A stretch of 64,000 nucleotides of DNA. Source: Candidatus Kaiserbacteria bacterium (GTDB lineage: Bacteria > Patescibacteriota > Minisyncoccia > Phycocordibacterales > UBA2100). Position 1 is the first letter of the stretch. Every line of letters starts with the position of its first letter. Location: assembly GCA_016432285.1 (NCBI GenBank), contig CP066682.1, forward strand, positions 15,026 to 79,025. The letters are read 5' to 3'. The notes under the pieces were generated by a model. It saw only the letters and a program-made list of their open reading frames with translations, ran no database searches and was not told where the DNA came from. Position numbers and translations under genes: made by a program. This document shows positions 32,394 to 41,895 of this stretch, piece after piece.

Positions 32394-32978
32394 ATGGAAG
32401 GCGGACTTCTGATCCAGCTTCTGATCCAATATAAGTACGCCATCATGGCCCCTGCGTCGGTCGTCTTTGGTCCGACGGCAAGCCTTTTTGCGGGGGTGCT
32501 CGTGCGACTCGGAGTGCTTGAGCTCTTACCGACCGCGCTCATCCTGGCCGCCGGAGAATTGGTGGCTGATATTGTATGGTATTGGCTCGGCAAAAGGTAT
32601 GGGGATTCCTTCGTACAACGGTGGGGCCATTTCTTCGGCATAACGCCTGCCCTCATCGGACGCGTAAAAGCGCTTTTTGCAAATTATCATGACGCGATTA
32701 TCTTCACGTCAAAAATAACGGCGGGGATGGGCTTTTCGATTGCCATCTTTCTCACCGCAGGCATGGTGCGTGTCCCCTTCTGGCGCTATATGCTTGTCAA
32801 TGTGATCGGGCAATTTTTCTGGACGGCAGGTTTGCTTTCCATAGGATATTTCCTTGGCCACGTTTACCTTTCGCTTGGAAGCTTGTTCGAGAAAGCGGCG
32901 CTCGTGGCCGTCCTTGCGATCATCGTGCTCGCAATGTTTGGTTTCGCTCGATACGTACGGGGACAGTTCACTCAGTAA
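32394..32978 (+). CDS. DedA/VTT family membrane protein
   Basis: ADIVWYWLGKRYG and AGMVRVPFWRY motifs. Confidence 0.88.
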   Translation: MEGGLLIQLLIQYKYAIMAPASVVFGPTASLFAGVLVRLGVLELLPTALILAAGELVADIVWYWLGKRYGDSFVQRWGHFFGITPALIGRVKALFANYHDAIIFTSKITAGMGFSIAIFLTAGMVRVPFWRYMLVNVIGQFFWTAGLLSIGYFLGHVYLSLGSLFEKAALVAVLAIIVLAMFGFARYVRGQFTQ

Positions 32979-32984
32979 CAGAGT

Positions 32985-33476
32985 ATGAAAGCGATCGCTG
33001 CCGTATCTTTTTTCTCGCTGGCTGGAATCGTCGGGTTTTTATTGAGTGATGAGCCTTCGACTCCACTTCTTCTGTATTACGTGGCACTCGTTATAAACTC
33101 CTACTTTTCCGTGGCGACGTTTGCTCCGATGACTCCGACGAGCATCCCACAAGCGCTCATAGATACCGCGCTTACGGTACTCTACGGGGCACTCGCGCTT
33201 TCATTCGAGTCGGTCGGCAATTTTACGCTCATCTCCGCCGCGCTTTTTCTCCTCGCGACGCTGAAGTACGTGCACCTTCGTACGGTCGTTTCTTCCCCCT
33301 ACCTTATTCCGCGGAAAATTCGCATAGACCTCCTCGGTGCAGGCCTCTCTCTGGCGACATTTGTGCTCGTACGTGCAGGGTACCCGGATCTTGCCGCGTG
33401 GACACTGGCCGCGCTCTTTATCGGCGCCAACGTGTACCTTCTTTTCGTATCACCGATGTATCGCTCAACTCCCTGA
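32985..33476 (+). CDS. Hypothetical membrane protein
   Basis: Hydrophobic 163-aa ORF starting 6 nt after DedA. Confidence 0.7.
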   Translation: MKAIAAVSFFSLAGIVGFLLSDEPSTPLLLYYVALVINSYFSVATFAPMTPTSIPQALIDTALTVLYGALALSFESVGNFTLISAALFLLATLKYVHLRTVVSSPYLIPRKIRIDLLGAGLSLATFVLVRAGYPDLAAWTLAALFIGANVYLLFVSPMYRSTP

Positions 33477-34496
33477 TTCTCCCGATTTTGAAACGGCGAT
33501 AAGCGAAAGAAACCTCCGAGCGGAGAGATCCCACGCGTACTTTTTTGCCGATTCGCGGCACCGCTCCGGTGAAATCGTAAGACACTTTTTCGCGGCAACG
33601 GCGATATCGTCGTCGATGTATCCGTTCACCCCATTCTCAATAATGTCTCTCGGTCCCATCGCGTTGTGAGCCGCTACGGGAATTCCCAGTGCGAGCGCCT
33701 CGACAATGACGAGACCGAAGGTGTCCGTAAGAGATGGCATGACGAGCACGTCGGCACAGCACATCCAGTCGATGAGCGTCCTCCCGGTTTGGTATCCCAA
33801 AAAAGTCACGGTGGGATACTGTGCTCGTAGACGCTCCGTATCAGGGCCATCGCCGATCACGATCTTCGTGCCGGGAAGCTCTGCTTTTAGGAAATCTTCG
33901 ATATTCTTTTCGGGAGCGACTCGCCCGAAAAAGGCAAAAACAGGCTTTGAAAACTCCTTCGGGCAGGTGCCGCGGGTGAAAAATTTCGAGTCGACGCCGA
34001 GCGGCCACACCTCAACGTTCGTGAGTCCGAAACCAAGAAGCTGCTGCCGTGCCGTTTCCGTGGTCCCGAGAGTAAGCGTTGCGGGAGCGTAAAAATAGTA
34101 GATCAGCTTTTCGATGAGCTTCCGGGCCCATGCGCCAAAGCGCACTTCCGCATATAGATGGAACTGATTATGGAATGACATGGTGAAGGGCTTTTTGAGC
34201 CTCACGCAGGCCGCTCGGGCATACCATGCGACAGGTCCATACGTCAGGATATGCACCTCATCGTAGTTGCCTTCTGCTATTTTTTTGCGGACACCACGAC
34301 GCGAGAAAAGCGCAATGCGGAACTCCGGATACTTTGGAAGCGGGAACGTCCAAAATTGGAGCGGATCCAACACGTCGACATGCACCCCGGTGCGTTCGAT
34401 CTCCTCTTTGAGATGCTCCAGCACCGTAACAACGCCGTTGATCTGGGGATGCCACGTGTCCGTGACGAGCAGCAGACGGCTTCCGGGCCCGAGCAT
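33465..34496 (-). CDS. Glycosyltransferase family 4
   Basis: TDTWHPQINGV, GRVAPEKN and PSLTDTFGLVIVEA motifs. Confidence 0.92.
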   Translation of the reverse strand: MLGPGSRLLLVTDTWHPQINGVVTVLEHLKEEIERTGVHVDVLDPLQFWTFPLPKYPEFRIALFSRRGVRKKIAEGNYDEVHILTYGPVAWYARAACVRLKKPFTMSFHNQFHLYAEVRFGAWARKLIEKLIYYFYAPATLTLGTTETARQQLLGFGLTNVEVWPLGVDSKFFTRGTCPKEFSKPVFAFFGRVAPEKNIEDFLKAELPGTKIVIGDGPDTERLRAQYPTVTFLGYQTGRTLIDWMCCADVLVMPSLTDTFGLVIVEALALGIPVAAHNAMGPRDIIENGVNGYIDDDIAVAAKKCLTISPERCRESAKKYAWDLSARRFLSLIAVSKSGESGS

Positions 34497-34539
34497 AGGT
34501 CTTACAAATTATACAGGTCTCGTGGCGTATAATTGCCGC

Positions 34540-35262
34540 ATGCCGACCCCTTCGGTCTCGATCCTCATTCCTGCACACAATGAGAGCGGACCGATCGAGA
34601 AAACGGTTCGCGCGGCGCGTGCGCAGAAATATCCCGATTTCGAGGTGATCGTGATCGATAATGCGAGCACCGACGATACCGCTGCACGCGCGCAGGAGGC
34701 GGGGGCACGAGTGATACGGGAGGCGCGAAAAGGGATTCTCTTTGCAAAAGAAGCGGGCCGCAAAGCCGCGCGCGGCGAAATTATCGCGGGTCTCGACGCA
34801 GATTGCCTACCCCCGGACGATTGGCTACAGCGCGGTGTCTCGCGCTTCACTGATGACACTATTGTGGCGGTGACCGGAGGTTATGAGTACGACGACATCT
34901 CATCTTTTATGAGCGGATTCATCAAACTCGGATTCAAGTATTGGCAGCCGTACCTGAATGCGATCATGCAGTGGCGGCGACGCGGCGCATATATGATCGG
35001 CGGGAATTGCTTCGTGCGCGCCTCAGCTCTGGAAAAAATTGGCGGTTACGATACCTCAATTCAATTTCTCGGCGAAGATACGGATACGGCAACGCGTCTC
35101 TCAAAAATTGGAAAAGTAATTTTCGCAAGAGATCTTTTTGTCCGCTCCTCCGGCAGGCGCTTCCTCGAACACGGATACTTAAAAAGCTATTTCACCTACA
35201 TCAAAAGCGACGCGGAGGTTTTCAGGCGACACCGCAACCAACGTGGTGGTCAGCTTCGGTAG
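34540..35262 (+). CDS. Glycosyltransferase family 2
   Basis: ILIPAHNE, DNASTD, DAD and GEDTD motifs. Confidence 0.92.
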   Translation: MPTPSVSILIPAHNESGPIEKTVRAARAQKYPDFEVIVIDNASTDDTAARAQEAGARVIREARKGILFAKEAGRKAARGEIIAGLDADCLPPDDWLQRGVSRFTDDTIVAVTGGYEYDDISSFMSGFIKLGFKYWQPYLNAIMQWRRRGAYMIGGNCFVRASALEKIGGYDTSIQFLGEDTDTATRLSKIGKVIFARDLFVRSSGRRFLEHGYLKSYFTYIKSDAEVFRRHRNQRGGQLR

Positions 35263-35600
35263 TCTTCGAGTGCCAAAACGGCCCGGCGTATGGCGATAAA
35301 TATATACGCCCACATGAAGGGAAGCCACAGTGGCATGATGCCAAGGAGGCTGTTGCGCTCGAAGGTCTCCACGCCCGTCGATATGAAGATGGTTTCCGCA
35401 ATGAACGAGGCGACGAGCCCGAAGAGCAGGAAGACACGATCCTTGTGATCTCGTTTGCCGGCGGTCGCGATGATGATAAAGGCAATGTAGATTCCCGTGA
35501 GCACGTAGTCGTTGGTGACCACCGGCACGAGAAGAATCATCCCAACGACCGGGAGCGCGTTGGTGGCGATGCGCGACGCGAGCAGAACTTTTTGAATCAC
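35250..35600 (-). CDS. Small membrane protein
   Basis: Four hydrophobic segments, MPLWLPFMW, and TATAAT 7 nt before the GTG start. Confidence 0.65.
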   Translation of the reverse strand: MIQKVLLASRIATNALPVVGMILLVPVVTNDYVLTGIYIAFIIIATAGKRDHKDRVFLLFGLVASFIAETIFISTGVETFERNSLLGIMPLWLPFMWAYIFIAIRRAVLALEDYRS

Positions 35601-35620
35601 GCCTTCTATTATAACGAGTT

Positions 35621-35695
35621 TGGGCGACCGGCGGGATTCGAACCCGCAACCGCCTGGACCACAACCAGGAACTCTACCATTGAGCTACGGCCGCC
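35621..35695 (-). tRNA. tRNA-His(GTG)
   Basis: Cloverleaf with encoded G-1, GTG anticodon, TTCGAAT T-loop and CCA. Confidence 0.96.
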
Positions 35696-35696
35696 A

Positions 35697-36197
35697 TCAC
35701 GATCGAGCCTTGAGGAGACCGCGATCACGCCCCACATCATAATGATGTACAAGGAAATGGCAATTGTGGCAGAGCCATACTAAATTTCCCTCGGCGTTGT
35801 TGAGCCGGTTCCGATCGATATGATGCACCGCGAGCACTCGGTGATCGGTCGTTTTGCACAGAACGCATAGCTTCGTTCTACCCGCTCGATCGAGCACGGT
35901 TCGGTAGGCCTGTCTGCCATGTTTCCAGTTCGCGTGCTTCGGTCCGATAAATACTTGATTCCGCCATCTTGTTTGACACGATCGGCCGCAAAAGTATTTT
36001 CCGCTTTTCGAGGTGCGAACTTGCTTGGGAGTTCGGTGGACGTCTTTGCCGCAGAGAAAGCAAGAGAATTGCGTCCGGCGTCGGTTTGAAAGATAGCCGC
36101 ACTCGCGGCTGCAATATTTTCCGTGCCCCAATCTGACGTGGCTGGGCTTTGTCTTGAATACTTTCCCGCATCGTGCGCACTCGCGCATGAGAGCCAT
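35697..36197 (-). CDS. HNH endonuclease with N-terminal Cys (zinc-finger) repeats
   Basis: Two CxxC...CxxxC units, then CVLC...VHHIDRNRLNN...NLVWLCHNCH. Confidence 0.88.
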   Translation of the reverse strand: MALMRECARCGKVFKTKPSHVRLGHGKYCSRECGYLSNRRRTQFSCFLCGKDVHRTPKQVRTSKSGKYFCGRSCQTRWRNQVFIGPKHANWKHGRQAYRTVLDRAGRTKLCVLCKTTDHRVLAVHHIDRNRLNNAEGNLVWLCHNCHFLVHHYDVGRDRGLLKARS

Positions 36198-36280
36198 TGA
36201 ACAAGTCTAGCAATGAAGGGAAAGGAGGTAAAGACAGCAGTTTGTGGATTATGTCCACAAGACGATGTATCTACCAATAC

Positions 36281-36307
36281 AAACGCCCGCCGAATCGGCG
36301 GGCGTTT
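36281..36307. terminator. Intrinsic terminator
   Basis: AAACGCCCGCCG-AAT-CGGCGGGCGTTT. Confidence 0.8.
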
Positions 36308-36323
36308 GTCCTGAAGCGCCGCG

Positions 36324-36707
36324 TTACATCGCCGGCTGCATCGAAGAGGAGGAGCCCTCTTTCATCCCAAAGCCGATCCACAAAAGTGCGACGGCAAGAA
36401 TGAGGTGGAGGACATGGTCGGCAGTGTTGGTCATGATGAGACCGAGAACGGTGTCACCCTGCACGAAGCCGACAACCGTCACGACCGCGTATACGACGCC
36501 GAATACCTGGAAGTAGAGGCGCGCGTACTGTCCGCTCATCGCGACCGCGATAGCGAGCGCTCCCGAGAGGAGGTGGATGACGTTGTGCAGGCCATCTACC
36601 TGGAAGATGCCGAGGAGCATCCCGTTTTGGGTGGCTGCCGGCACATATCCGAGAGCGCCGACCGCGAGGAAGACGATTCCGAAAACCCACGCGAGTTTCT
36701 GAACCAT
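36324..36707 (-). CDS. DUF4383-like membrane protein
   Basis: LLGIFQVDGLHNVIHLLSG and NTADHVLH motifs. Confidence 0.85.
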   Translation of the reverse strand: MVQKLAWVFGIVFLAVGALGYVPAATQNGMLLGIFQVDGLHNVIHLLSGALAIAVAMSGQYARLYFQVFGVVYAVVTVVGFVQGDTVLGLIMTNTADHVLHLILAVALLWIGFGMKEGSSSSMQPAM

Positions 36708-36789
36708 ATATGTGTGGTTATGAATACTAATCATCGACCACCTGTTCATTAATTGTTCTCCCCCGGAAAATAAGTGTCAAGTCCCCTTT

Positions 36790-37902
36790 TCACTCCACTT
36801 TCTCCGCGAGCACAGCCGCGCTTGAGGTGGCCACCACGCTGAACGACACGCGCCCGATCACGTGCCCGTATCGCGTGAGCACGTTGAGGCGCCACTTGCC
36901 GGGGCTCGGCTCGGTTTTGATCGAGTATCCGCGGTAGCCGCCCTCCCTGCCGCCCACGATCTCAAATGGAATCGTCTCATCGGTGCGCCATTCGTCGGCC
37001 GCTTCATCGTAGTGCTGCCACTCATGGAAGATCGTGGTCGAAAGACCGGAGGGAGCGAAGACGGCAGAGAATACATACACGGGCTCGCCCGGCGCCCGGT
37101 GGTACACGGTGTTGTACCGGAGGTAGGCCTCGTACCACCGCAAGGGCTCATAGGAGAGCCGGTAGTCGCTGCCCTCGCGCACGACGCGGTGATACACGCC
37201 ACCCTCCTTGAGGGCAAGCGGCAAGGGCGGAATCACGCCGGAAAAGTAGAAGAGGTTGAAAGTCAGAAAAATGATCGCGATCGCTCGCGCCACGTTGGTA
37301 CGCGCTGCCTTTGCGCGCTCGGGCACGAGGTACGCGAGCAGGTGGAAGAATGCGGTGATGAGAAGGAGGCTCACAATCCCGCTGACCACAAACATGTACG
37401 GGCCGATCTGTTTGAAGACGACGGGAAGAAAAAAGATGAGGAACGAAAAGAGCACTGCAAAAAACATGCTCACCTGGAAGGTGAAGCGCATGTAGAAGCG
37501 CACGAAGCGCTCGTTCCCCACGAGCAGTATCGCGAGAATCGCGATGAAAATCCACGTCAGCTCCACCGCGGCGCTCCTGCTGTAGAGCGAAAAGTACGCG
37601 GTGAAGAGCCCGCCGAAGGCAAACTGCGCCACGACGGGGATCAGTGGCGTTATTTTGATGAGCCACGGATTCTTGAGGCGGCCGGTTTCGATCAGATTGA
37701 GGATGGTGATACAGCTTGCCGCGAGCGAGAGGTAGAAAAGCAGGAGGAGATTCCCCGTCCACAGGTCGACGCGCCGCAGGAGCACGAAGTAGTCGAGAAG
37801 GAGCGCCGCGACGAGCGAGATCGGAGAAATGTAGCGCATATACCACTGCGCCAGCTCCTCCACGTTTTTGGGCAATTTGGTAAGCCGGGTGCGTGCCATC
37901 AT
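36790..37902 (-). CDS. Membrane protein with a C-terminal DUF2914-like domain
   Basis: Multiple TM helices, IPPLPL, SAVFAP, GGREGGYRGYS and PGKWR. Confidence 0.82.
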   Translation of the reverse strand: MMARTRLTKLPKNVEELAQWYMRYISPISLVAALLLDYFVLLRRVDLWTGNLLLLFYLSLAASCITILNLIETGRLKNPWLIKITPLIPVVAQFAFGGLFTAYFSLYSRSAAVELTWIFIAILAILLVGNERFVRFYMRFTFQVSMFFAVLFSFLIFFLPVVFKQIGPYMFVVSGIVSLLLITAFFHLLAYLVPERAKAARTNVARAIAIIFLTFNLFYFSGVIPPLPLALKEGGVYHRVVREGSDYRLSYEPLRWYEAYLRYNTVYHRAPGEPVYVFSAVFAPSGLSTTIFHEWQHYDEAADEWRTDETIPFEIVGGREGGYRGYSIKTEPSPGKWRLNVLTRYGHVIGRVSFSVVATSSAAVLAEKVE

Positions 37903-38468
37903 GGATTCGTTGTTTTGTATTCGGGAGAGCGCTCGTCCACCCCTGCGCGTTGGTTCTCGAGTCGCGCGAGCGCATAAAAGAGCGATGAGAGCCGGTTGGC
38001 GTACGCGCGACTCCCTTCGGAGACCGTGCGATCTCCCGATTCGTGGACCGTCACGAGCCTGCGCTCTGCCCGTCTTGAGATAGCACGCACGATATCGAGA
38101 CGCGCGGAAAACTCCGTGCCACCCGGCACGAGGAAGGTCTTGATCGCTGGCAACTCCTTTTCGATGTCATTGATCAAAGCGCCGAGCGCCTCGACGCTCG
38201 ATTGCGGCACCGACTTCTGCGCCCCCGCGACCTCCGCCTGAATCGTAAAGAGATGATCCTGCACTCCGAGGAGCACGTCCCGGACGGGGGTACCAGTCAC
38301 GGGAAAATCGTCGGGAGCGGCCACCTTGCACCAGCCGACAATAGTGTTGAGTTCGTCGAGCTGTCCCAAGCACTTGAAAATAGCTGAAGACTTGGAGATG
38401 CGTACGCCAGGCTTCGAGTCAAAAAGTTTGGTAGTACCGCCATCCCCCTTTCCCGTAAAAAGCGCCAT
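37899..38468 (-). CDS. PduO-type ATP:cob(I)alamin adenosyltransferase
   Basis: FTGKGDGGTT, GQLDELN, RAISRRAERR and NRLSSLFYALAR motifs. Confidence 0.92.
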   Translation of the reverse strand: MALFTGKGDGGTTKLFDSKPGVRISKSSAIFKCLGQLDELNTIVGWCKVAAPDDFPVTGTPVRDVLLGVQDHLFTIQAEVAGAQKSVPQSSVEALGALINDIEKELPAIKTFLVPGGTEFSARLDIVRAISRRAERRLVTVHESGDRTVSEGSRAYANRLSSLFYALARLENQRAGVDERSPEYKTTNP

Positions 38469-38529
38469 GCGGCAATCATAACAAACAGCGCGTCTTACTC
38501 CGTGCGGTATCATGTACGGATCGACAGCC

Positions 38530-39765
38530 ATGGAAACTCTTGAGCGTAAAGACGGGCATGATGATCTTCACACACCCTACTGTGAGATCACTCTCAAGCA
38601 GTACTCTGAAGCAGTGCCCGAGAAAAAGAAGTCGTTTGAAATCGTGATGAAAGAAATCGATCGGCAAGGAATCGAAAACTTCGAAGTGTTTCAGTCGGAA
38701 CGATTTCCCGGGGTCGCCTTTTCACACACGAAACTTCAAATAACTCCAGAATTAATACAAAAAATTCGTGAACAAACAATACCTGCACATGCGGACACGA
38801 CTGACGACGAACAGACTAGTACTGAAAATCAGGAAGAAGAAACAAATGCGAAAAGGCATGATTATTTTTTATTCACTGCGTCTGCCCCACCTCCCGACGG
38901 ACATGCGTTCACGGTCCAGGACGTGGCCATAGACCGATTCATTCGCCTCATGCCTCGCGTCGCGAATGCGATCAGACGGGGCGAGAATCCGCCGGAAGTG
39001 AGCGTCTATCTTCTTGGCGCCCCAACGGGGCTCGGGGGTTCGGTTACTCCAGAGTGGTTGGAGACGATCCGACAACGCGGATTTGAAGGACACGGCGAAC
39101 TCTATGCGGAGTTTATCGAGAAGCAGGAATCAGCGAACAAGAAATCAACCGAGGTCCCTCATATCGTACTTCAGGGTGTGTCGAAAGGAGCTGTCGTTGC
39201 AGAGAAGACCTCGAAATACCTTCCGGGGGAGCTCGCGCAACACACGCAAAGACTCCTCGATAACCCCGCCGGCGATCACGAAAAAAATCCTGCGCGCTGG
39301 CTGAAGGGGGCAGAGGTAGCGCTTGGCTACACGGGCGAGGCACTAGCGAGGATGCTTTTCGACGACACGATGAAGGGCCTTATGAAGCGCGGCAACGCAT
39401 TTATCAATTACCTGTCCCTGGAAAAGGGCATCCCGAAAGATGCGCCTGAACAACTAAAGCTCAAATGGAAAGCGACGATCGTGGAAGTGTGGACGCTCAT
39501 CAAAGGATCTTCTCTCGACACAGACGGGGTACGATCATTTATCCGTCGGGGGATGTACGATCCGGTGACCTTTAGCATGGGCCGGCTTTTTGAGATTTGG
39601 CAGAAATCAAACCAAGGAAAGGGGGCGCAATTTTATCAAGACGGAAAATCCGTCGAGGCTCCTTTCCGCGGACAGCACATGTTTTTCTACAACAGATATA
39701 AGCGCTGGAGCACGATCCTGGATTTTGCTGAAGGCTCTTCCGATACCACACCCGCCCGCCTCTAG
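38530..39765 (+). CDS. Hypothetical protein, possible alpha/beta hydrolase fold
   Basis: HIVLQGVSKGA (GxSxG); visibly lower GC than the flanks. Confidence 0.6.
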   Translation: METLERKDGHDDLHTPYCEITLKQYSEAVPEKKKSFEIVMKEIDRQGIENFEVFQSERFPGVAFSHTKLQITPELIQKIREQTIPAHADTTDDEQTSTENQEEETNAKRHDYFLFTASAPPPDGHAFTVQDVAIDRFIRLMPRVANAIRRGENPPEVSVYLLGAPTGLGGSVTPEWLETIRQRGFEGHGELYAEFIEKQESANKKSTEVPHIVLQGVSKGAVVAEKTSKYLPGELAQHTQRLLDNPAGDHEKNPARWLKGAEVALGYTGEALARMLFDDTMKGLMKRGNAFINYLSLEKGIPKDAPEQLKLKWKATIVEVWTLIKGSSLDTDGVRSFIRRGMYDPVTFSMGRLFEIWQKSNQGKGAQFYQDGKSVEAPFRGQHMFFYNRYKRWSTILDFAEGSSDTTPARL

Positions 39766-39833
39766 TGGGGTGCAGGGAGACTCGTCGACGTAAAAATCGC
39801 AATGCCGCTATCATAGCGGGCGGCACCCTCAAG

Positions 39834-40331
39834 CTAGAGTTTCTTCAGGGCCCCACCGTCTAACCGGTATGTATGCAGATCATCCAACCTCTTTGCACCA
39901 ATGGAGGAGAAAAAGGTACCAGCATCCGAATTCCAATCAAGCGCGTGCCAGTCCAGCCGCCCATAATCCCGCTCCTTACAAATATCCGCAAGCTTCTGCA
40001 TGAGTTCGCGCCCTACACCCGTTCGTCGATGAACCTCATCGACGTAGATGTCTTCCAAAAACATGCCGGGTTTCCCCTCCCATGTGGAGTAGTTCTGAAA
40101 GAAAAGAGCAAGTCCTATCGCTTTACCATTGAACTCAGCAAGTATGCACTCGAAAGGAGGTTTTGGTGATTCGAGCTGTTTCGTTACCTGCTCAGCCGAC
40201 ATGTGGACCTTCTCGCGACCCTGATGATGTTCGGCGAGTTCGTTGACTAGACGGACAATCTCCGCGGCATCTTGCGGCCCCGCCATTCTCAAAGCAGGCT
40301 TTGGTTGCTCGAAGCTGTCGCGTAAATCCAT
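39834..40331 (-). CDS. GNAT acetyltransferase, diamine/spermidine acetyltransferase (SSAT)-like
   Basis: NYSTWEGKPGMFLEDIYV, RRTGVG and LDWN motifs; the ATG overlaps the tRNA-Leu CCA. Confidence 0.88.
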   Translation of the reverse strand: MDLRDSFEQPKPALRMAGPQDAAEIVRLVNELAEHHQGREKVHMSAEQVTKQLESPKPPFECILAEFNGKAIGLALFFQNYSTWEGKPGMFLEDIYVDEVHRRTGVGRELMQKLADICKERDYGRLDWHALDWNSDAGTFFSSIGAKRLDDLHTYRLDGGALKKL

Positions 40332-40417
40332 GGTGCCCAGGGGGGGACTCGAACCCCCACGCCCTTGCGGGCTACGCCACCTCAAGGCGTAATGTCTACC
40401 AATTTCAACACCTGGGC
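40331..40417 (-). tRNA. tRNA-Leu(GAG)
   Basis: Cloverleaf with a long variable arm, anticodon arm ACGCC-TTGAGGT-GGCGT, and CCA. Confidence 0.95.
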
Positions 40418-40419
40418 AT

Positions 40420-41070
40420 TTATAACTTCTGGCCCACTATAGCCAACATTCTCACGATCTTCAATCTCTTCCTCCGCAGACAGAGGACATCGCCGCCACC
40501 GTACATCGTGCGCAGTAATTTCAACGAGGTGCGTTTTGCGTACTTGAGTTGCATCGTCGTCCCTTCGCGGTCGCGCGTTATGTGTCCTTTGACACCCAAT
40601 CGCTTGCTTATTTCCCGACGCAGCCAGTTGATGTGCGACATGCTCGCCGATGCAAACACAGTGTAGAACATGAAGCTTGATTTCCAACGCGGATCCCAAT
40701 ACGAGTAGGTGGAGCCATCGCCGTCAAACGAGCCCCGCAGAAAATCAAAAAAATATTCCCGTGGCACGCTTACCGCGCCGATTATTTTCGATTTATTCGG
40801 CATAAACCCGATAGACAGGAGGTACCGATAAAAGAGCACGTCTCCAAACTGCGCGCGCCAGTGCCCTGTGCTGTTCTTTCCGATGCTGTTTACTATGCCC
40901 AGTGCGCGAAGAAAATTTTCCACCTGCTCTCTGTCTTTTGAGACAAAGACGATGTGGCGGCCGTCAGGCGACAAGCAACCATCTGCCGCGAGAAGCCCGA
41001 GGGCATAGGCAAAGTTCGGAGACCATTCGATCTTGACTTTTCCGGCCGGACTTCTCCCCCGCCTTCTCAT
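40420..41070 (-). CDS. Double-motif LAGLIDADG homing endonuclease
   Basis: YALGLLAADG and FLRGSFDGDG motifs, ending with LRRKR. Confidence 0.88.
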   Translation of the reverse strand: MRRRGRSPAGKVKIEWSPNFAYALGLLAADGCLSPDGRHIVFVSKDREQVENFLRALGIVNSIGKNSTGHWRAQFGDVLFYRYLLSIGFMPNKSKIIGAVSVPREYFFDFLRGSFDGDGSTYSYWDPRWKSSFMFYTVFASASMSHINWLRREISKRLGVKGHITRDREGTTMQLKYAKRTSLKLLRTMYGGGDVLCLRRKRLKIVRMLAIVGQKL

Positions 41071-41133
41071 AACGCGATAAGTATATATCGCTCAAGTAGA
41101 TAGCGTCTACCAATTGTTTAAAAATAAAAAATG

Positions 41134-41589
41134 CTACTCCGCCTTCGCTTCGGTAGACGCAACGGGTTCGCTCTTTGCGCCAACCTCTTCCTCAGTTGCG
41201 GATTCGAGCTTTTCCTCCGCTTTCATACTGCCGCCCAAGACTCGTGTGCGGCGCAACTGTCGGCGGGCTTCGCGGGCCACTTTTTCGCGGATGTAGTAGA
41301 GCTTCGCGCGGCGCACGCGGCTTCGCTTCAGGATTTCGATTTTGTCGATCATCGGCGAGTAGAGTGGGAAGACCTTCTCGACACCAACGCCCGAGAGAAT
41401 GCGGCGGACCGTAAAGGTGGCACCCGCTTCGGTGCCGTGCTTTCGAGCGAGCACCAAGCCCTCGAAGGCCTGCAAGCGGTACTTGCCCTTTTCCTCCTCG
41501 ATCTTTTGCCAGACGCGCACGGTGTCTCCCGGCCGGAGGTCGAGATTCTTTCGCGCATCCATATCGACTGGCGATACTTTCACTGCCAT
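41134..41589 (-). CDS. rplS: 50S ribosomal protein L19
   Basis: [15 protein letters not shown] and VRRAKLYY motifs. Confidence 0.97.
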   Translation of the reverse strand: MAVKVSPVDMDARKNLDLRPGDTVRVWQKIEEEKGKYRLQAFEGLVLARKHGTEAGATFTVRRILSGVGVEKVFPLYSPMIDKIEILKRSRVRRAKLYYIREKVAREARRQLRRTRVLGGSMKAEEKLESATEEEVGAKSEPVASTEAKAE

Positions 41590-41616
41590 AGTCGCGGCAC
41601 TATACCATCGTGATTT

Positions 41617-41895
41617 CTAGAAAACAACCTCGAAATTCTCGAGCTGCTCGCCCGCTTGGCGCCATTCCACATGCACGTCCGACACCCGCGCGAGGAAGGG
41701 GCCCTTCCGCAGGTGCGCGATCAATTTCTCAAGCCTGTCGTGGTAACCCTGCGCAACGACCTCTACCATAAAATCGGAAGTGTTGCGGACGTAGCCCGTA
41801 AGCGCGAGGTGCCGGGCGTGCTTTACCACGAAATCCCGGAAGAAGACGCCCTGTACTTTGCCCTTGACGATGCATCGGATCTCCTCGGTTTGCAT
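41617..41895 (-). CDS. acyP: Acylphosphatase
   Basis: GKVQGVFFR, GYVRN and KGP motifs. Confidence 0.93.
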   Translation of the reverse strand: MQTEEIRCIVKGKVQGVFFRDFVVKHARHLALTGYVRNTSDFMVEVVAQGYHDRLEKLIAHLRKGPFLARVSDVHVEWRQAGEQLENFEVVF

